Shown here: positions 16,779-27,540 of the stretch, one piece after another
How the letters are laid out: every line of letters begins with the position of its first letter
Position numbering within the stretch: position 1 is the first letter of the stretch
Sequence record: SRR20825006_1900
Strand: one strand, 5' to 3'
DNA: 39,977 nucleotides
The notes under the pieces: generated by a model
Database searches by the model: none
Seen by the model: the letters and a program-made list of their open reading frames with translations, nothing else
Told to the model about the DNA's origin: nothing
Translations under genes and position numbers: made by a program

Positions 16779-17840
16779 TCAGGGCCTGCCGTTTGCCCCC
16801 TTCAGATACCGGAAGAAATCACTGTCCGGCTCCAGAATCAGCACGTCTTCAGGCTGGTCGAAACTCTCCGTATAGGCTCGCAGGCTGCGATAGAAACGGA
16901 AGAACTCCTTGTCCTGATTATAGGCTTTCGCATAGATCGCGGCGGCCTCGGCATCACCTTCACCCCGTGAGCTTTGCGCCTTGCGATACGCCTGGGCCAG
17001 TGTCTCGGTGCGCTGACGATCCGCCGAGGCGCGAATTTTCTCCGCTTCCTCGCGGCCCTGGGAACGGTGCGCCGCCGCATCACGCTGGCGCTCCGCCCGC
17101 ATCCGGTCAAAGACCCGGCCACGGACCTGATCCGGCCAGTCCACCTGCTTGACGCGGATATCCACCACTTCGATACCCAAATCTTCCAGGGTGGACTTGT
17201 TCACCTCTTCACGTACCTGGTCCATCAGCGCTTCACGCTGATCATTGGCCACGCTGGGGGCGGGTGACTCACCGTCTTCCTTGCCGGCTTTAGCCTCACG
17301 CAGTACCGATTCATCCAGCTGATCGGTCGGCACTTCTACCGTTTCCCCCGTAGTGGGGTCGCGAATAATAGCCTTGTCACCTTCCACTTTTTCCACGTCG
17401 CTCTCGCCGGCCACCACCTGGAATACGGTGCGCGAAGCAAACTCGTTACGCAGGCCTTCGTTTATCCGAGGGTCCAACAACTCACGGGCGCGGCGTTCCA
17501 TCACCTGCGAATCAGAAGAACCGCCGCCCACGCTGACGATATAACGCTGCACATTGCTGATACGCCAGATCACGAACGCATCCACGTTGAGCAGTTTTTT
17601 CTCGGCGGTCAGGAATGACTGGGTGCGCACGTCATAAACCAGTGCACGCCCGTCCACCTTCACCACTTCTTCCACCAGCGGCCACTTGAAGTACAGACCC
17701 GGCTCAATGTCGGTCTTGTCGATCCGGCTGAACTGTTTCAGTACCGCCTTTTCTTTCTGGTTCACAATGAAAAAGGAATCCAGCGCCAACAACGCCAGCA
17801 CACCCAGGGCCAGCAGCGCCATCCATCCACGATTATTCAT
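16779..17840 (-). CDS. hflC: FtsH protease modulator HflC
   Basis: SPFH domain, FLTAEKKLLNVD, RMRAER, FFRFYRSLRAY; follows hflK. Confidence 0.96.
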   Translation of the reverse strand: MNNRGWMALLALGVLALLALDSFFIVNQKEKAVLKQFSRIDKTDIEPGLYFKWPLVEEVVKVDGRALVYDVRTQSFLTAEKKLLNVDAFVIWRISNVQRYIVSVGGGSSDSQVMERRARELLDPRINEGLRNEFASRTVFQVVAGESDVEKVEGDKAIIRDPTTGETVEVPTDQLDESVLREAKAGKEDGESPAPSVANDQREALMDQVREEVNKSTLEDLGIEVVDIRVKQVDWPDQVRGRVFDRMRAERQRDAAAHRSQGREEAEKIRASADRQRTETLAQAYRKAQSSRGEGDAEAAAIYAKAYNQDKEFFRFYRSLRAYTESFDQPEDVLILEPDSDFFRYLKGANGRP

Positions 17841-19012
17841 TAGCGCAGCTCCTGGTTTCGGTTGTTGTACAGGCTGCGGCCGGTATTGCGGCCACTGCCA
17901 CCATCATCCGCGCCGGCACTCGAGGTCGTGCCGGAAGGCGTCGCGCTCTGGTTCGGAGCCTTGACCTTGCCGTCCTGGTTCTTCATCAGCTTGTCCAGCG
18001 GCAGATAAATCAGACTGTCACCCTTGTTCACGTCCACCAGTACTTTACTGGTGTTGCTGAACACCTCGGTCATGGTTTCCAGGTAGAGACGTTCGCGGGT
18101 CACATCCGGCGCCTTGCGATACTCGGTGAGCAGGTCTGTAAAGCGATTGGCATCACCCTTAGCTTCGTCAATCACCTGCTGCTTGTAGGCAAAGGCTTCT
18201 TCCTCAATGCGCTGGGCTTCACCACGGGCCTGGGGAATCACTGAATTACTGTACGCTTCGGCTTCTTTCTTGAAGCGGTCTTCGTCTTCTTTCGCCTTGG
18301 ATACATCATCGAAGGCATCACGGACCGCATCCGGCGCTTCGGTTTTATCCAGCACCACCTGGCGCAGCACCAGGCCGGTATCGTAACGATTCAGATAATC
18401 ATCCAGCCGTTCGCGAACCTGTACCCGGATTGCCTCACGGTTATCCTTGAGCACATCATCCATGGAGGATGACCCCACCACATGGCGCAAAGCCGAGCTG
18501 GTAGCGTGTTCCAGAATTTCTTCCGGTTGCGCAACCTTCAGCAGGAACGGGCGCGGATCCAGCACCTGATATTGCACCTGCAAGGTCACGCTGACGATGT
18601 TGGTGTCCTTGGTGAGCATTTCTTCGGTAATCTCGTAGCGGCGGTTCTGCCCCACGTCCACCTTCTCGAACTGCTCCAGAATAGGCGCCCGCCAGTTCAG
18701 GCCCGGCTCCACGATGCGATCGAACTTACCGAACCGCAGCACCACGGCGCGTTCGCGCTGATCCACCTGGAAAAACCCCATCAGGCCATAGCCGATAGCC
18801 ACAATCACCAGCGCGATGACCAGCACCGGCCAGGGAGACCCGCCGCCACTGCTGCTTCCGCCACCGCCGGACTTGCCGCCTTTGCTGCCGAAAACATTGT
18901 TGATCTTGTCTTTCAGGTTTTTCAGGGCTTCATCCAGGTCCGGCGGCCCCTGGTCGCCACCACCACCCCAAGGGTCCTTCGGCTTGTTGCCGCCGGGTTC
19001 ATTCCACGCCAT
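17840..19012 (-). CDS. hflK: FtsH protease modulator HflK
   Basis: Canonical start MAWNEPG at 19012, GPPDLDE, APDVTRERLYLE. Confidence 0.97.
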   Translation of the reverse strand: MAWNEPGGNKPKDPWGGGGDQGPPDLDEALKNLKDKINNVFGSKGGKSGGGGSSSGGGSPWPVLVIALVIVAIGYGLMGFFQVDQRERAVVLRFGKFDRIVEPGLNWRAPILEQFEKVDVGQNRRYEITEEMLTKDTNIVSVTLQVQYQVLDPRPFLLKVAQPEEILEHATSSALRHVVGSSSMDDVLKDNREAIRVQVRERLDDYLNRYDTGLVLRQVVLDKTEAPDAVRDAFDDVSKAKEDEDRFKKEAEAYSNSVIPQARGEAQRIEEEAFAYKQQVIDEAKGDANRFTDLLTEYRKAPDVTRERLYLETMTEVFSNTSKVLVDVNKGDSLIYLPLDKLMKNQDGKVKAPNQSATPSGTTSSAGADDGGSGRNTGRSLYNNRNQELR

Positions 19013-19049
19013 GTAGATCTCCAGTCCGCCAGAGCCAACGGGCTCCAGC

Positions 19050-20423
19050 CTAATGATGACTCGCGTTTGACGAGCGTTCTGAATTGTAGGAAGGGGTGTC
19101 GTCACCTGCAACCGCAGGGGCCGGAATTACCAGCTCTTCCTCTTTTAATCCTTGTTCACGAAGCAGGCGCTCAAAATGCACCCGATTCACATTAATACGC
19201 AGTAACATGCTGCCGTCGGTAGCGGTCTGCTCTTCCAGCACCTCACCGGCCTCGTGCAAGCGCGCGCGCAGGCGCCCTGCTGAAGCCGGCAACCGTACCC
19301 AGCAATCCACCCAGCCCGCCGCCAGCCGCTCTGCGATGGCCTCAAACAACAGGTCGAAGCCGTCACCGGTCTGTGCGGAAATCCATACCCGCCAGGGCTG
19401 CCCATGCTCGTCGCGTTCAATCCGGGGAGGCTGATCCAGGTTATCGACCTTGTTGTAGACATGCAGCACCGGCAGCTTGTCGCCACCAATCTCTTCCAGC
19501 ACTTCGTCCACCGCGGCCACATTGCTGTCACGCTCTTCCGCGCTGCAATCGGTCACATGCAGCAGCAGGGTGGCGTTGACGGTTTCTTCCAGGGTCGCCC
19601 GAAATGCCTGCACCAACCGGTGCGGCAGGTGACGGATAAAGCCCACGGTGTCCGCCAGAATGGCGGGGCCGACGCCCGGCACTTTCACCTTGCGCAGGGT
19701 CGGGTCCAGCGTGGCGAACAACTGGTCCGCCACATAGACATCCCCGGTGGTGATGGCATTGAAAAGGGTGGATTTCCCCGCATTGGTGTAGCCCACCAGG
19801 GAAATCAGCGGGGTTTCCGAGCGCTGCCTCGCCCGGCGCCCTTGAGCACGCTGCTTACGGACCTTGTCCAGCCGCGATTCAATACCGCGAATACGGTCAC
19901 GCAATAAACGGCGGTCCGTTTCCAGCTGGGTCTCACCCGGGCCACGCAGACCGATGCCGCCTTTTTGTCGCTCCAGGTGGGTCCAGCCCCGCACCAGGCG
20001 GGAGGACAGATGGCGCAACTGCGCCAGCTCAACCTGCAAGCGCCCCTCGTGGGTACGCGCCCGCTGGGCGAAAATATCGAGGATCAACCCGGTGCGATCC
20101 AGCACCCGGCATTTCACCACACGTTCCAGGTTACGTTCCTGGCCCGGGCTGAGTGCATGATTGAACAGCACCACGTCCGCCTTGTGCTCGCTCACCATGG
20201 CGGCCAGCTCGTCGGTTTTGCCGGTGCCGATGAACAGGGCCGGGTCCGGGCGATCGCGCTTGCCGGTTAACTCGACCACCGGCTGCACACCGCTGGAGGT
20301 GACCAGGTGATGAAATTCGTCCAGATCTTCACGCCCCATGGCATCGGGCAGCTCCAGATGAACCAGAATCGCCCGTTCACCAGCTTCGGTACGTGTTTGC
20401 TCTGTACGATCAAATAATTCCAT
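19050..20423 (-). CDS. hflX: Ribosome rescue GTPase HflX
   Basis: GPGETQLETDRR, GYTNAGKST, DQLFATLDPT, DTVGF, NKVD. Confidence 0.98.
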   Translation of the reverse strand: MELFDRTEQTRTEAGERAILVHLELPDAMGREDLDEFHHLVTSSGVQPVVELTGKRDRPDPALFIGTGKTDELAAMVSEHKADVVLFNHALSPGQERNLERVVKCRVLDRTGLILDIFAQRARTHEGRLQVELAQLRHLSSRLVRGWTHLERQKGGIGLRGPGETQLETDRRLLRDRIRGIESRLDKVRKQRAQGRRARQRSETPLISLVGYTNAGKSTLFNAITTGDVYVADQLFATLDPTLRKVKVPGVGPAILADTVGFIRHLPHRLVQAFRATLEETVNATLLLHVTDCSAEERDSNVAAVDEVLEEIGGDKLPVLHVYNKVDNLDQPPRIERDEHGQPWRVWISAQTGDGFDLLFEAIAERLAAGWVDCWVRLPASAGRLRARLHEAGEVLEEQTATDGSMLLRINVNRVHFERLLREQGLKEEELVIPAPAVAGDDTPSYNSERSSNASHH

Positions 20424-20505
20424 AGGATCCGGATATCGGGACAGGTGGCCCTAGTTTAAACCAGGATGACGGTGGAAAGGCAGGAAATACGTACAGGGCA
20501 CAACG

Positions 20506-20533
20506 CACAGAGCCACCCGAAGGTGGCTCTGTG
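20506..20533 (-). other. Stable hairpin downstream of hfq (12-bp stem, cUUCGg loop)
   Basis: CACAGAGCCACC-TTCG-GGTGGCTCTGTG on the minus strand; no U-tract. Confidence 0.7.
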
Positions 20534-20556
20534 TGACTCAGGCGCAGCAAACAGTG

Positions 20557-20838
20557 TTACTGATTGCCATACCCTTCGTCGGCAGCCGGGGCAGCCGTTG
20601 CCCCTGCGGCCATGGCCGGGTTACCGGTTGCGCGCGGGTTACGGGCCGGCACCACGGTAGAAATCGCGTGCTTGTACACCATCTGGCTGACTGCATTTTT
20701 CAGCAGCACGACATATTGGTCAAAAGACTCAATTTGCCCCTGCAGCTTTATTCCGTTCACCAGAAAAATAGATACCGGAATACGCTCCTTACGCAGCGCG
20801 TTCAGGAAAGGGTCTTGTAGCGAGTGCCCCTTTGACAT
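20557..20838 (-). CDS. hfq: RNA chaperone Hfq
   Basis: [18 protein letters not shown]...[10 protein letters not shown]. Confidence 0.99.
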   Translation of the reverse strand: MSKGHSLQDPFLNALRKERIPVSIFLVNGIKLQGQIESFDQYVVLLKNAVSQMVYKHAISTVVPARNPRATGNPAMAAGATAAPAADEGYGNQ

Positions 20839-21084
20839 GGCAGTTCTCCTTGAAATAACAGTAAAAAGTAGCGCCCAACACTTCGGGCAATCAGCGCGTT
20901 AAAGCAGCGAAACCGTCCCAAACGGCCACCACCTTCGCCCGGTGCGCCACCGGGCAAATTTTTGTCAACAACCCAAGCAAAAGGTTCCGGGTCCCGACCC
21001 ATCCATGGCCGCGACACCATTCCCAAGCAACGTCGCCGACCTATGCAGTCATTGCATTATAAACCAAAACGCATGCTTTCTGGG

Positions 21085-22071
21085 CTAACTAAACACAGAT
21101 TTACAGTTCTTCGCAAGCAGCCCAAACAGCGCCTCTCGCTGTGACAGATCATTACTGTCGAACCACTGCAGATCCGGCCATTTTCGCAACCATGTGAACT
21201 GGCGCTTGGCCAGCTGGCGGGTGGCAATAATGCCCCGCTCCACCATGGTGTCGTAGTCGTACTGGCCGTCCAGATATTCCCACACCTGGCGGTAGCCCAC
21301 CGCCCTGATGCCCGGTAACTCCGGATGCAGTTGCGGCTGCTGTCGCAGCCCTTCCACTTCGGCCAGCAAACCCGCGTCGAGCATGGCCCGGAAACGCAGG
21401 GCAATCTGCTCGTGCAGCCAGGCCCGGTCCCGGGGCGCCAGCGCCAGGCTAAGCACGGGATACGGCAACCCACTGAACTGACTCAAACCATCACGGTTCT
21501 TTATGACAGTTGTATGATGTTCCGCATGGAACGCGGACAACGGTCTCCCGGTAAGGCGAAACACTTCCAGCGCTCTCTGCAGTCGCTGCCGATCCGAGGG
21601 CTTGAGCCGCGCCGCTGTCACCGGGTCCACCTCGGCCAGCGCCTGATGCACCGCCGGCCAGCCCTGCGCATCGGCCAGGGCCGCAATCTCCGCCCGCACC
21701 TGCGGGTCCGCTTCCGGCAACGGCGCCAGCCCTTCAACCAGGGCTTTGAAATACAGCACCGTGCCGCCCACCAGCAACGGCAGCTTGCCGTTGGCGTGGA
21801 TCTGTTCAATATGCCTGAGCGCATCGGCGCGAAAATCCGCAGCGGAATAGGGCTCGGTCAGATCACGAAAGCCCAGCAAACGGTGCGGCGCCAATGCCAG
21901 TTCCTCTTCAGTGGGGCGGGCAGCGCCAATATTCAAGCCCTGATAGACCAGCGCCGAGTCCACATTGATAATTTCGATGGGCAGGGACTGCACCGCCTCG
22001 ATAGCCAGCGCCGTCTTGCCGGAACAGGTCGGACCCATCAGCAACAAGATAGGCAAGCACGCTTCAGGCAT
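21085..22071 (-). CDS. miaA: tRNA dimethylallyltransferase
   Basis: [29 protein letters not shown]; between mutL and hfq. ATG at 22071 preferred as start. Confidence 0.97.
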   Translation of the reverse strand: MPEACLPILLLMGPTCSGKTALAIEAVQSLPIEIINVDSALVYQGLNIGAARPTEEELALAPHRLLGFRDLTEPYSAADFRADALRHIEQIHANGKLPLLVGGTVLYFKALVEGLAPLPEADPQVRAEIAALADAQGWPAVHQALAEVDPVTAARLKPSDRQRLQRALEVFRLTGRPLSAFHAEHHTTVIKNRDGLSQFSGLPYPVLSLALAPRDRAWLHEQIALRFRAMLDAGLLAEVEGLRQQPQLHPELPGIRAVGYRQVWEYLDGQYDYDTMVERGIIATRQLAKRQFTWLRKWPDLQWFDSNDLSQREALFGLLAKNCKSVFS

Positions 22072-22144
22072 CACGCTGACACGCAAAAGACCGCGCGCCC
22101 TCCGCGTGTTGCCTGTCTGCGTATCGCGTGCAAGCGGCCATGAT

Positions 22145-24016
22145 TCACTGCCCCCGCATGAACAGTCGATCCAGATCCTTGATGCTCATCTGGGTCCAGG
22201 TGGGGCGGCCGTGGTTGCACTGGCCGGAACGCTCGGTGGCTTCCATGTCGCGCAGCAGCGCGTTCATTTCCGGAATCGTCAGGCGACGATTGGCGCGCAC
22301 ACTGCCGTGGCAGGCCATGGTGGACAACAGCTCATCCAGTTTCTGGGCAATGCGCTCACTGCTGCCTTGCGCCAACAAATCCGACAATACATCGCGCACC
22401 ATGGACTCGCTGTCACCGTTACGCAGCAAGGCCGGCACTTCACGCACCACCAGGGTTTCCGGGCCGGCGCGTTCTACCGCAAAGCCCAGGCGGGAAAACA
22501 CCTCCGGCTGTTGCTCGGCGAAATCCGCTTCCCGGGAGGACACCGCCAGCGACACAGGCACCAGCAATGGCTGGCTACGCACCTTGTCGTCCGCCCAACT
22601 CTGCTTGAGCCGCTCATAGGTAATCCGTTCGTGGGCGGCGTGCATATCCACCACCACCATGCCTTGCTGGTTTTCCGCCAGAATAAAGATGCCGTGCAGT
22701 TGCGCCACCGCGTAGCCCAGCGGCGGCACGGTTTCATTGTCGCTGGCCGGTGGCATCACCGCCGGCGCCGACTCACCCACCTTGCCGCCAACCAGGGCTC
22801 CGTAGGCATCCGCCTGACGGGCGCCCTGACCGTAGCCAAACGCGCTGCCCCCCGTGGGCGGATAAGCCTGCCCGGGAGACGGTGACAGGGACGACATTCC
22901 GCCCCCCATTGGCGAAGACAGCGACATATTGCCTTGGCTCGGCGCCATAGCCGCCTCCATGCCAGCGGCTGGAGCGCCTTCATCCACCACCGAACCTGCC
23001 AGTTCCTGACCGGGGCGCACCCCGGCAATGGCACGATGCAGGGAGCTGTAAAGAAAGCCGTGCACCATCCGCTGTTCACGGAAACGCACTTCGTGTTTGG
23101 TGGGATGAACGTTCACATCCACCATCGCCGGGTCCAGTTCCAGAAACAGCACATAAGCCGGGTGACGGCCATGGTAGAGCACATCCGCATAGGCCTGGCG
23201 CACCGCGTGGCTCACCACCTTGTCGCGAATCACCCGGCCATTCACATAGAAATACTGCAGATCCGCCTGGGAGCGGGAAAAGGTGGGCAGCCCCATCCAG
23301 CCATGCAGGCGCAAACCATCACGCTCCACGTCCACCGGTACGGCCTGCTCCATGAAGCCCTTGCCGCACAGCTTGGCCACCCTTGCCGCCCGCAGAGTGT
23401 CATCCAGCCCGGCGGGCAGTTGATGAATGACCTTCTGGTTATGGGTGAGACGAAAAGCCGTATTGAACTCACTCAGGGCAATGCGCCGAAAGACTTCTTC
23501 GAGATGATTGAATTCGGTTTTTTCGGTGCGCAGGAAACGGCGTCGAGCCGGCGTATTAAAGAACAAATCGCGCATGGTCACGGTAGTGCCACGGGGATGC
23601 CCCGCCGGCGAGACCGTCGGCGCCATATCGCGCCCTTCCACGGTAACCTGCCAGCCTTCCGCTTCGCCTTCCACGTTACTGGCCAAGCTCAGTCGAGAAA
23701 CAGAACTGATGGCTGCCAGAGCTTCACCACGAAAACCCAGGGTGCCAATGGCTTCCAGATCATCCAGCCCTCGAATTTTGCTGGTGGCATGGCGGGACAG
23801 GGCCAGCGGCAAATCATCGCGTTCGATGCCACTGCCGTTGTCGCGTACCCGCAACAGCTTCACCCCGCCTTGCTCCACATCCACACTGACGGATTCCGAG
23901 CCGGCGTCCAGCGCATTTTCCAGCAGCTCCTTGAGCACAGACGCAGGGCGCTCAACCACCTCACCGGCGGCAATCTGGTTAGCAAGGCGGGAATCAAGCA
24001 GCTGAATCTTGGACAA
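22145..24016 (-). CDS. mutL: DNA mismatch repair endonuclease MutL
   Basis: [48 protein letters not shown] start. Confidence 0.98.
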   Translation of the reverse strand: MSKIQLLDSRLANQIAAGEVVERPASVLKELLENALDAGSESVSVDVEQGGVKLLRVRDNGSGIERDDLPLALSRHATSKIRGLDDLEAIGTLGFRGEALAAISSVSRLSLASNVEGEAEGWQVTVEGRDMAPTVSPAGHPRGTTVTMRDLFFNTPARRRFLRTEKTEFNHLEEVFRRIALSEFNTAFRLTHNQKVIHQLPAGLDDTLRAARVAKLCGKGFMEQAVPVDVERDGLRLHGWMGLPTFSRSQADLQYFYVNGRVIRDKVVSHAVRQAYADVLYHGRHPAYVLFLELDPAMVDVNVHPTKHEVRFREQRMVHGFLYSSLHRAIAGVRPGQELAGSVVDEGAPAAGMEAAMAPSQGNMSLSSPMGGGMSSLSPSPGQAYPPTGGSAFGYGQGARQADAYGALVGGKVGESAPAVMPPASDNETVPPLGYAVAQLHGIFILAENQQGMVVVDMHAAHERITYERLKQSWADDKVRSQPLLVPVSLAVSSREADFAEQQPEVFSRLGFAVERAGPETLVVREVPALLRNGDSESMVRDVLSDLLAQGSSERIAQKLDELLSTMACHGSVRANRRLTIPEMNALLRDMEATERSGQCNHGRPTWTQMSIKDLDRLFMRGQ

Positions 24017-24118
24017 AACAAATCCTTTAGAAAGTTATCTGCCCCGACACACAACGCTCACCCGGCACGCTTGGCGTTTAGCGTGCCGGCATGATGCGTG
24101 CTGCATGCCAGCGGAATA

Positions 24119-25471
24119 TTATGAACGGGGAATTTTCAGCACCTGGCCAACCATGATGCGATCACCATTCATGTTGTTGGCCGAACGGATCGACTGCTCG
24201 GAAACACTGTACTGCCGGGCAATTTCCGACAGTGTATCACCGGGCTGAATACGATACTCATCACCCTGCTCACGGCGCTGGGCCGCATACCAGCTATTGG
24301 GTGCCGGGTGGCTGCGGAAATAGGCATCGATGCCGTTAAGCACCGAACGGGCCAGCTTGGTCTGGTGCGCCGAGGAGCGTAAATTCCGCTCTTCGGTGGG
24401 GTTGGAGATAAAACCGGTTTCCACCAGAATGGACACCATCTCCGGCTCTTTCAGCACCGCAAAGCCCGCTTGTTCCACTTTGTCGCGGTTACCATGCAGC
24501 TTGGTGACTTTACCCATTTCCAGCAGCACCTGGCGGCCCAGATAGAGACTGCCGGCCATGGAACCGTTCATCTGCAAATCCGCCAGCACACTGTAGAGCG
24601 AACTGTCGTCTTCCTCTTCTTCATACACCCCGGCCACGCGGTCAGACTCGTTGGCAATCTTGGCAAGATAGCGGGCACGGGCACTGGTGGCGCCCCGATT
24701 GGACAAGGCAAACACGGAGGCGCCATGGGCGCGGGCATCGGTGAAGGCATCCGCGTGGATGGAAACAAACACATCCGCGCCGTGCTTTTCCCGGGCGATC
24801 TTGCGTCGCTCGACCAGTGGCACGTAGTAATCCCCATCGCGCACCATCACCGCGCGCATGCCGGCTTTGTCGTTGACCATCGCTTCCAGCTTTTTGGCAA
24901 TCTGCAGCACGATGGTCTTTTCATAGGTGCCGCTGGGACCACGAGCACCCGGGTCCTCCCCGCCATGCCCTGCATCAATGGCCACAATCATCAGCCGCTG
25001 CGCCTTGGGTTCTGCCGGCGCCTGCGGCTTGGGCTTGTCGGCCTTGGCGGTTTGCAGCTCCTTGTCGAACAGATCCACCACCAGACGCCAGCCGTGGGGC
25101 TCAATAGGCTTGAGCAGATTGGTGCGGGTACGTACGGACTCTTTCATGTCCAGTACCACCCGGGTTTTATCGGTGTGCTTGCCCACCCGGATATTGGCAA
25201 TGGGGCTGCTGGCGTAATCCAGCGTTTTCACGTCGAAATCCAGCGCGGCGTCCTGCAGATCCAGCACAATGCGATCCGGGTTGGCCAGCTTGTCGAGCTT
25301 GTGGTCCACCGGTGCGGGCAGGTCAAACACGATCCGGGTGTGATCCGGCGCCCGGTGCAGGCGCACGGAGTCGATGGTGGTCTGGGCAAACGCCAGCGAA
25401 CTCCAGCACAGGCCTGCCAGAGTGAAAAGAACTGTGGCTACGGTCTTCTTATTGTAAATGCGTAATCTCAT
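24119..25471 (-). CDS. amiB: N-acetylmuramoyl-L-alanine amidase (AMIN + Amidase_3 + LysM)
   Basis: IDAGHGGEDPGA, SIHADA, LVETGFISN, C-terminal LysM; synteny with tsaE and mutL. Confidence 0.93.
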   Translation of the reverse strand: MRLRIYNKKTVATVLFTLAGLCWSSLAFAQTTIDSVRLHRAPDHTRIVFDLPAPVDHKLDKLANPDRIVLDLQDAALDFDVKTLDYASSPIANIRVGKHTDKTRVVLDMKESVRTRTNLLKPIEPHGWRLVVDLFDKELQTAKADKPKPQAPAEPKAQRLMIVAIDAGHGGEDPGARGPSGTYEKTIVLQIAKKLEAMVNDKAGMRAVMVRDGDYYVPLVERRKIAREKHGADVFVSIHADAFTDARAHGASVFALSNRGATSARARYLAKIANESDRVAGVYEEEEDDSSLYSVLADLQMNGSMAGSLYLGRQVLLEMGKVTKLHGNRDKVEQAGFAVLKEPEMVSILVETGFISNPTEERNLRSSAHQTKLARSVLNGIDAYFRSHPAPNSWYAAQRREQGDEYRIQPGDTLSEIARQYSVSEQSIRSANNMNGDRIMVGQVLKIPRS

Positions 25472-25477
25472 AGGCGT

Positions 25478-25906
25478 TTAATCGCTACCCCATTCCAGGG
25501 TCGCTTTTCTTCCGTGGCCATTCACGGCCAGTGTAATGGTCAAATCCGGCGTTGGCACCACTCCAGCACCCCGCTCCGGCCATTCCAGGAAACACAGGGA
25601 TCCAGCATCGAAATAATCCCGCACGCCGATCAGTTCCAGTTCTTCCGGATCCGCCAGACGATACAGGTCAAAGTGATAGATATGGACGCCAGCAATCTCG
25701 TAGGGTTCCACAATAGTGTACGTCGGGCTCTTTACGGCCCCTTCATGCCCCAGACCACGGAGCATACCGCGAACCAGGGTGGTTTTCCCTGCACCCAGGT
25801 CCCCTTCAAGATAAACGCAGCCGCCCGCCGCCAGGCGGTGGCCCAATTCAGCGCCCAGCGACAGGGTCGCCGCCTCATCCGGCAAATCGTAAAACTCCTG
25901 GCTCAT
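25478..25906 (-). CDS. tsaE: tRNA t6A biosynthesis ATPase TsaE
   Basis: GDLGAGKTT, VKSPTY, HFDLYRL, EWPE; ATGA overlap with the nnr stop. Confidence 0.97.
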   Translation of the reverse strand: MSQEFYDLPDEAATLSLGAELGHRLAAGGCVYLEGDLGAGKTTLVRGMLRGLGHEGAVKSPTYTIVEPYEIAGVHIYHFDLYRLADPEELELIGVRDYFDAGSLCFLEWPERGAGVVPTPDLTITLAVNGHGRKATLEWGSD

Positions 25907-27441
25907 TGGCGCCCCGTCTCTTTCTGCCATTCGCATTCCTGCAACCCGTGATTCAATTGTTGGCGCAATCCATCCAGCAAGTCTGTGGCCAACAAGCCAC
26001 GCTCACCCTGCAGCGCCGCACAATGGTCCGCCGCGCGGGCATGCACCATGGCACCAAACCGGGCGGCGTCGAAGCTATTGAGGCCCTGGGCACGCAGGGC
26101 CGCAATCACCCCGGTAAGCACATCGCCCATGCCGCCGGACGCCATGCCCGGGTTGCCATCACGAATCAGCGCCCGACCCGGCCCGGCGTCCAAGGGCTCG
26201 CCCTGCACCAGAGTGCCCAGCCCCTTGAGCAGCACGGTACCGCCATAACGGGCAGACAAACTGTCCAGCGCAGCAAACCGATCCTGCTGAATGTCGCCAG
26301 CGGACACCCCCAGCAGCCGGCCCGCTTCGCCGGGGTGCGGGGTGAGCACCCAGTCCGCCGAGCCGATATCGGCCTGCCCGGCGATCAGGGTCAGCGCATC
26401 CGCGTCCACCACCATTGGCTTGCCCGCTGCCAGAGCGGCATCCAGCAAACCTTGGCCCCACGCATCCAGCCCCAGCCCGGGACCAATGGCAATCACCGTG
26501 GCCGCCTCCATCAACGCGGCGGCGTCTTCCGGGCGATCCACCCCGCGCACCATGATTTCCGGCTGGCGGATCAACGCCACCGCCACATGAGCCGGACGCG
26601 TAATCAACGTCACCTTGCCCGCCCCGCAACGGGCGGCGGCCTGGGCACTCATGACCGGCGCGCCGGCAAAACCGTGATCGCCACCAATCACCAACACATG
26701 CCCGTAATGGCCCTTGTGCCCATTACGGCGACGGGCTGGCAGACAGTGCTGCAGCGTCTCGGCGCTGGGACTAAGGCAGTCTGGCTGCAGCTGGGCGTAG
26801 ACATCCCGCCCCACCTGCAAATCGAAAAAACGCAGCGCGCCACAATGCAACGGCCCTTCGCCAGTGAGCAGACCGCGTTTGAGGCCAATAAAGGTACAGG
26901 TCATCTCAGCCTGCAACACTGCCCCCAAGGGCATGCCGCTATCGGCGCTGAGTCCCGAAGGAATATCCAGTGCCAATACCGGAAGCGACAACCCATTCAG
27001 GGCGCGCAACAACGCGGCCACGTCATCACGCAGCGTACCGTTAAGACCGGTACCCAGCAGGCCATCTACCAACAGGTCCGCAGAGCGCGGCAGGTCCGAG
27101 AGGGTCAGCGACTGCATGGGAATAGCTGCCGCCTGGCAGCGCCGGGCCATGGTCAGGGCATCGCCCTTGAGCTGATCCGGCGGGGTGATAAACCAGATTT
27201 GTGGCTGCAGGCCAGCCTCGGCAGCCAACCGGGCCACCACATAGCCATCGCCGCCGTTATTGCCACCGCCACACAGCACGCCCAGCGTACTGGCCTGGGG
27301 CCAGCGCTCGCAGAGCGCATCGAACGCGGCCTGTCCGGCCCGCTCCATCAAGTCAGCGCCCGGCGTACCAGCGGCAATGGCCAGCCGATCCAGCTCGCGG
27401 GTCTGCGCCGCGGTGTATAAAGCAGCAGGTAGCTCAGTCAC
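25903..27441 (-). CDS. nnr: Bifunctional NAD(P)HX epimerase/dehydratase
   Basis: LMERAG, GNNGGDG, DIPSG, GPGLG, TPHPGE, GGMGDVL. Confidence 0.96.
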   Translation of the reverse strand: MTELPAALYTAAQTRELDRLAIAAGTPGADLMERAGQAAFDALCERWPQASTLGVLCGGGNNGGDGYVVARLAAEAGLQPQIWFITPPDQLKGDALTMARRCQAAAIPMQSLTLSDLPRSADLLVDGLLGTGLNGTLRDDVAALLRALNGLSLPVLALDIPSGLSADSGMPLGAVLQAEMTCTFIGLKRGLLTGEGPLHCGALRFFDLQVGRDVYAQLQPDCLSPSAETLQHCLPARRRNGHKGHYGHVLVIGGDHGFAGAPVMSAQAAARCGAGKVTLITRPAHVAVALIRQPEIMVRGVDRPEDAAALMEAATVIAIGPGLGLDAWGQGLLDAALAAGKPMVVDADALTLIAGQADIGSADWVLTPHPGEAGRLLGVSAGDIQQDRFAALDSLSARYGGTVLLKGLGTLVQGEPLDAGPGRALIRDGNPGMASGGMGDVLTGVIAALRAQGLNSFDAARFGAMVHARAADHCAALQGERGLLATDLLDGLRQQLNHGLQECEWQKETGRQ

Positions 27442-27540
27442 CTGTTATCCTTCGCGTTATTTCGTGCGCCCCCGCTTACCGGGGCGCCACAACACATTTC
27501 CCGCCATTATACGCACGAGAGCCGGTTGCCCCGAAACGTC

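Noticed and set aside
17240-17410. Acidic insertion in HflC
   Set aside because: Variable insertions at this position are common in HflC proteins.
19013-19111. Extended hflK start in the ORF track
   Set aside because: It overlaps hflX; the conserved HflK N-terminus MAWNEPG begins at 19012.
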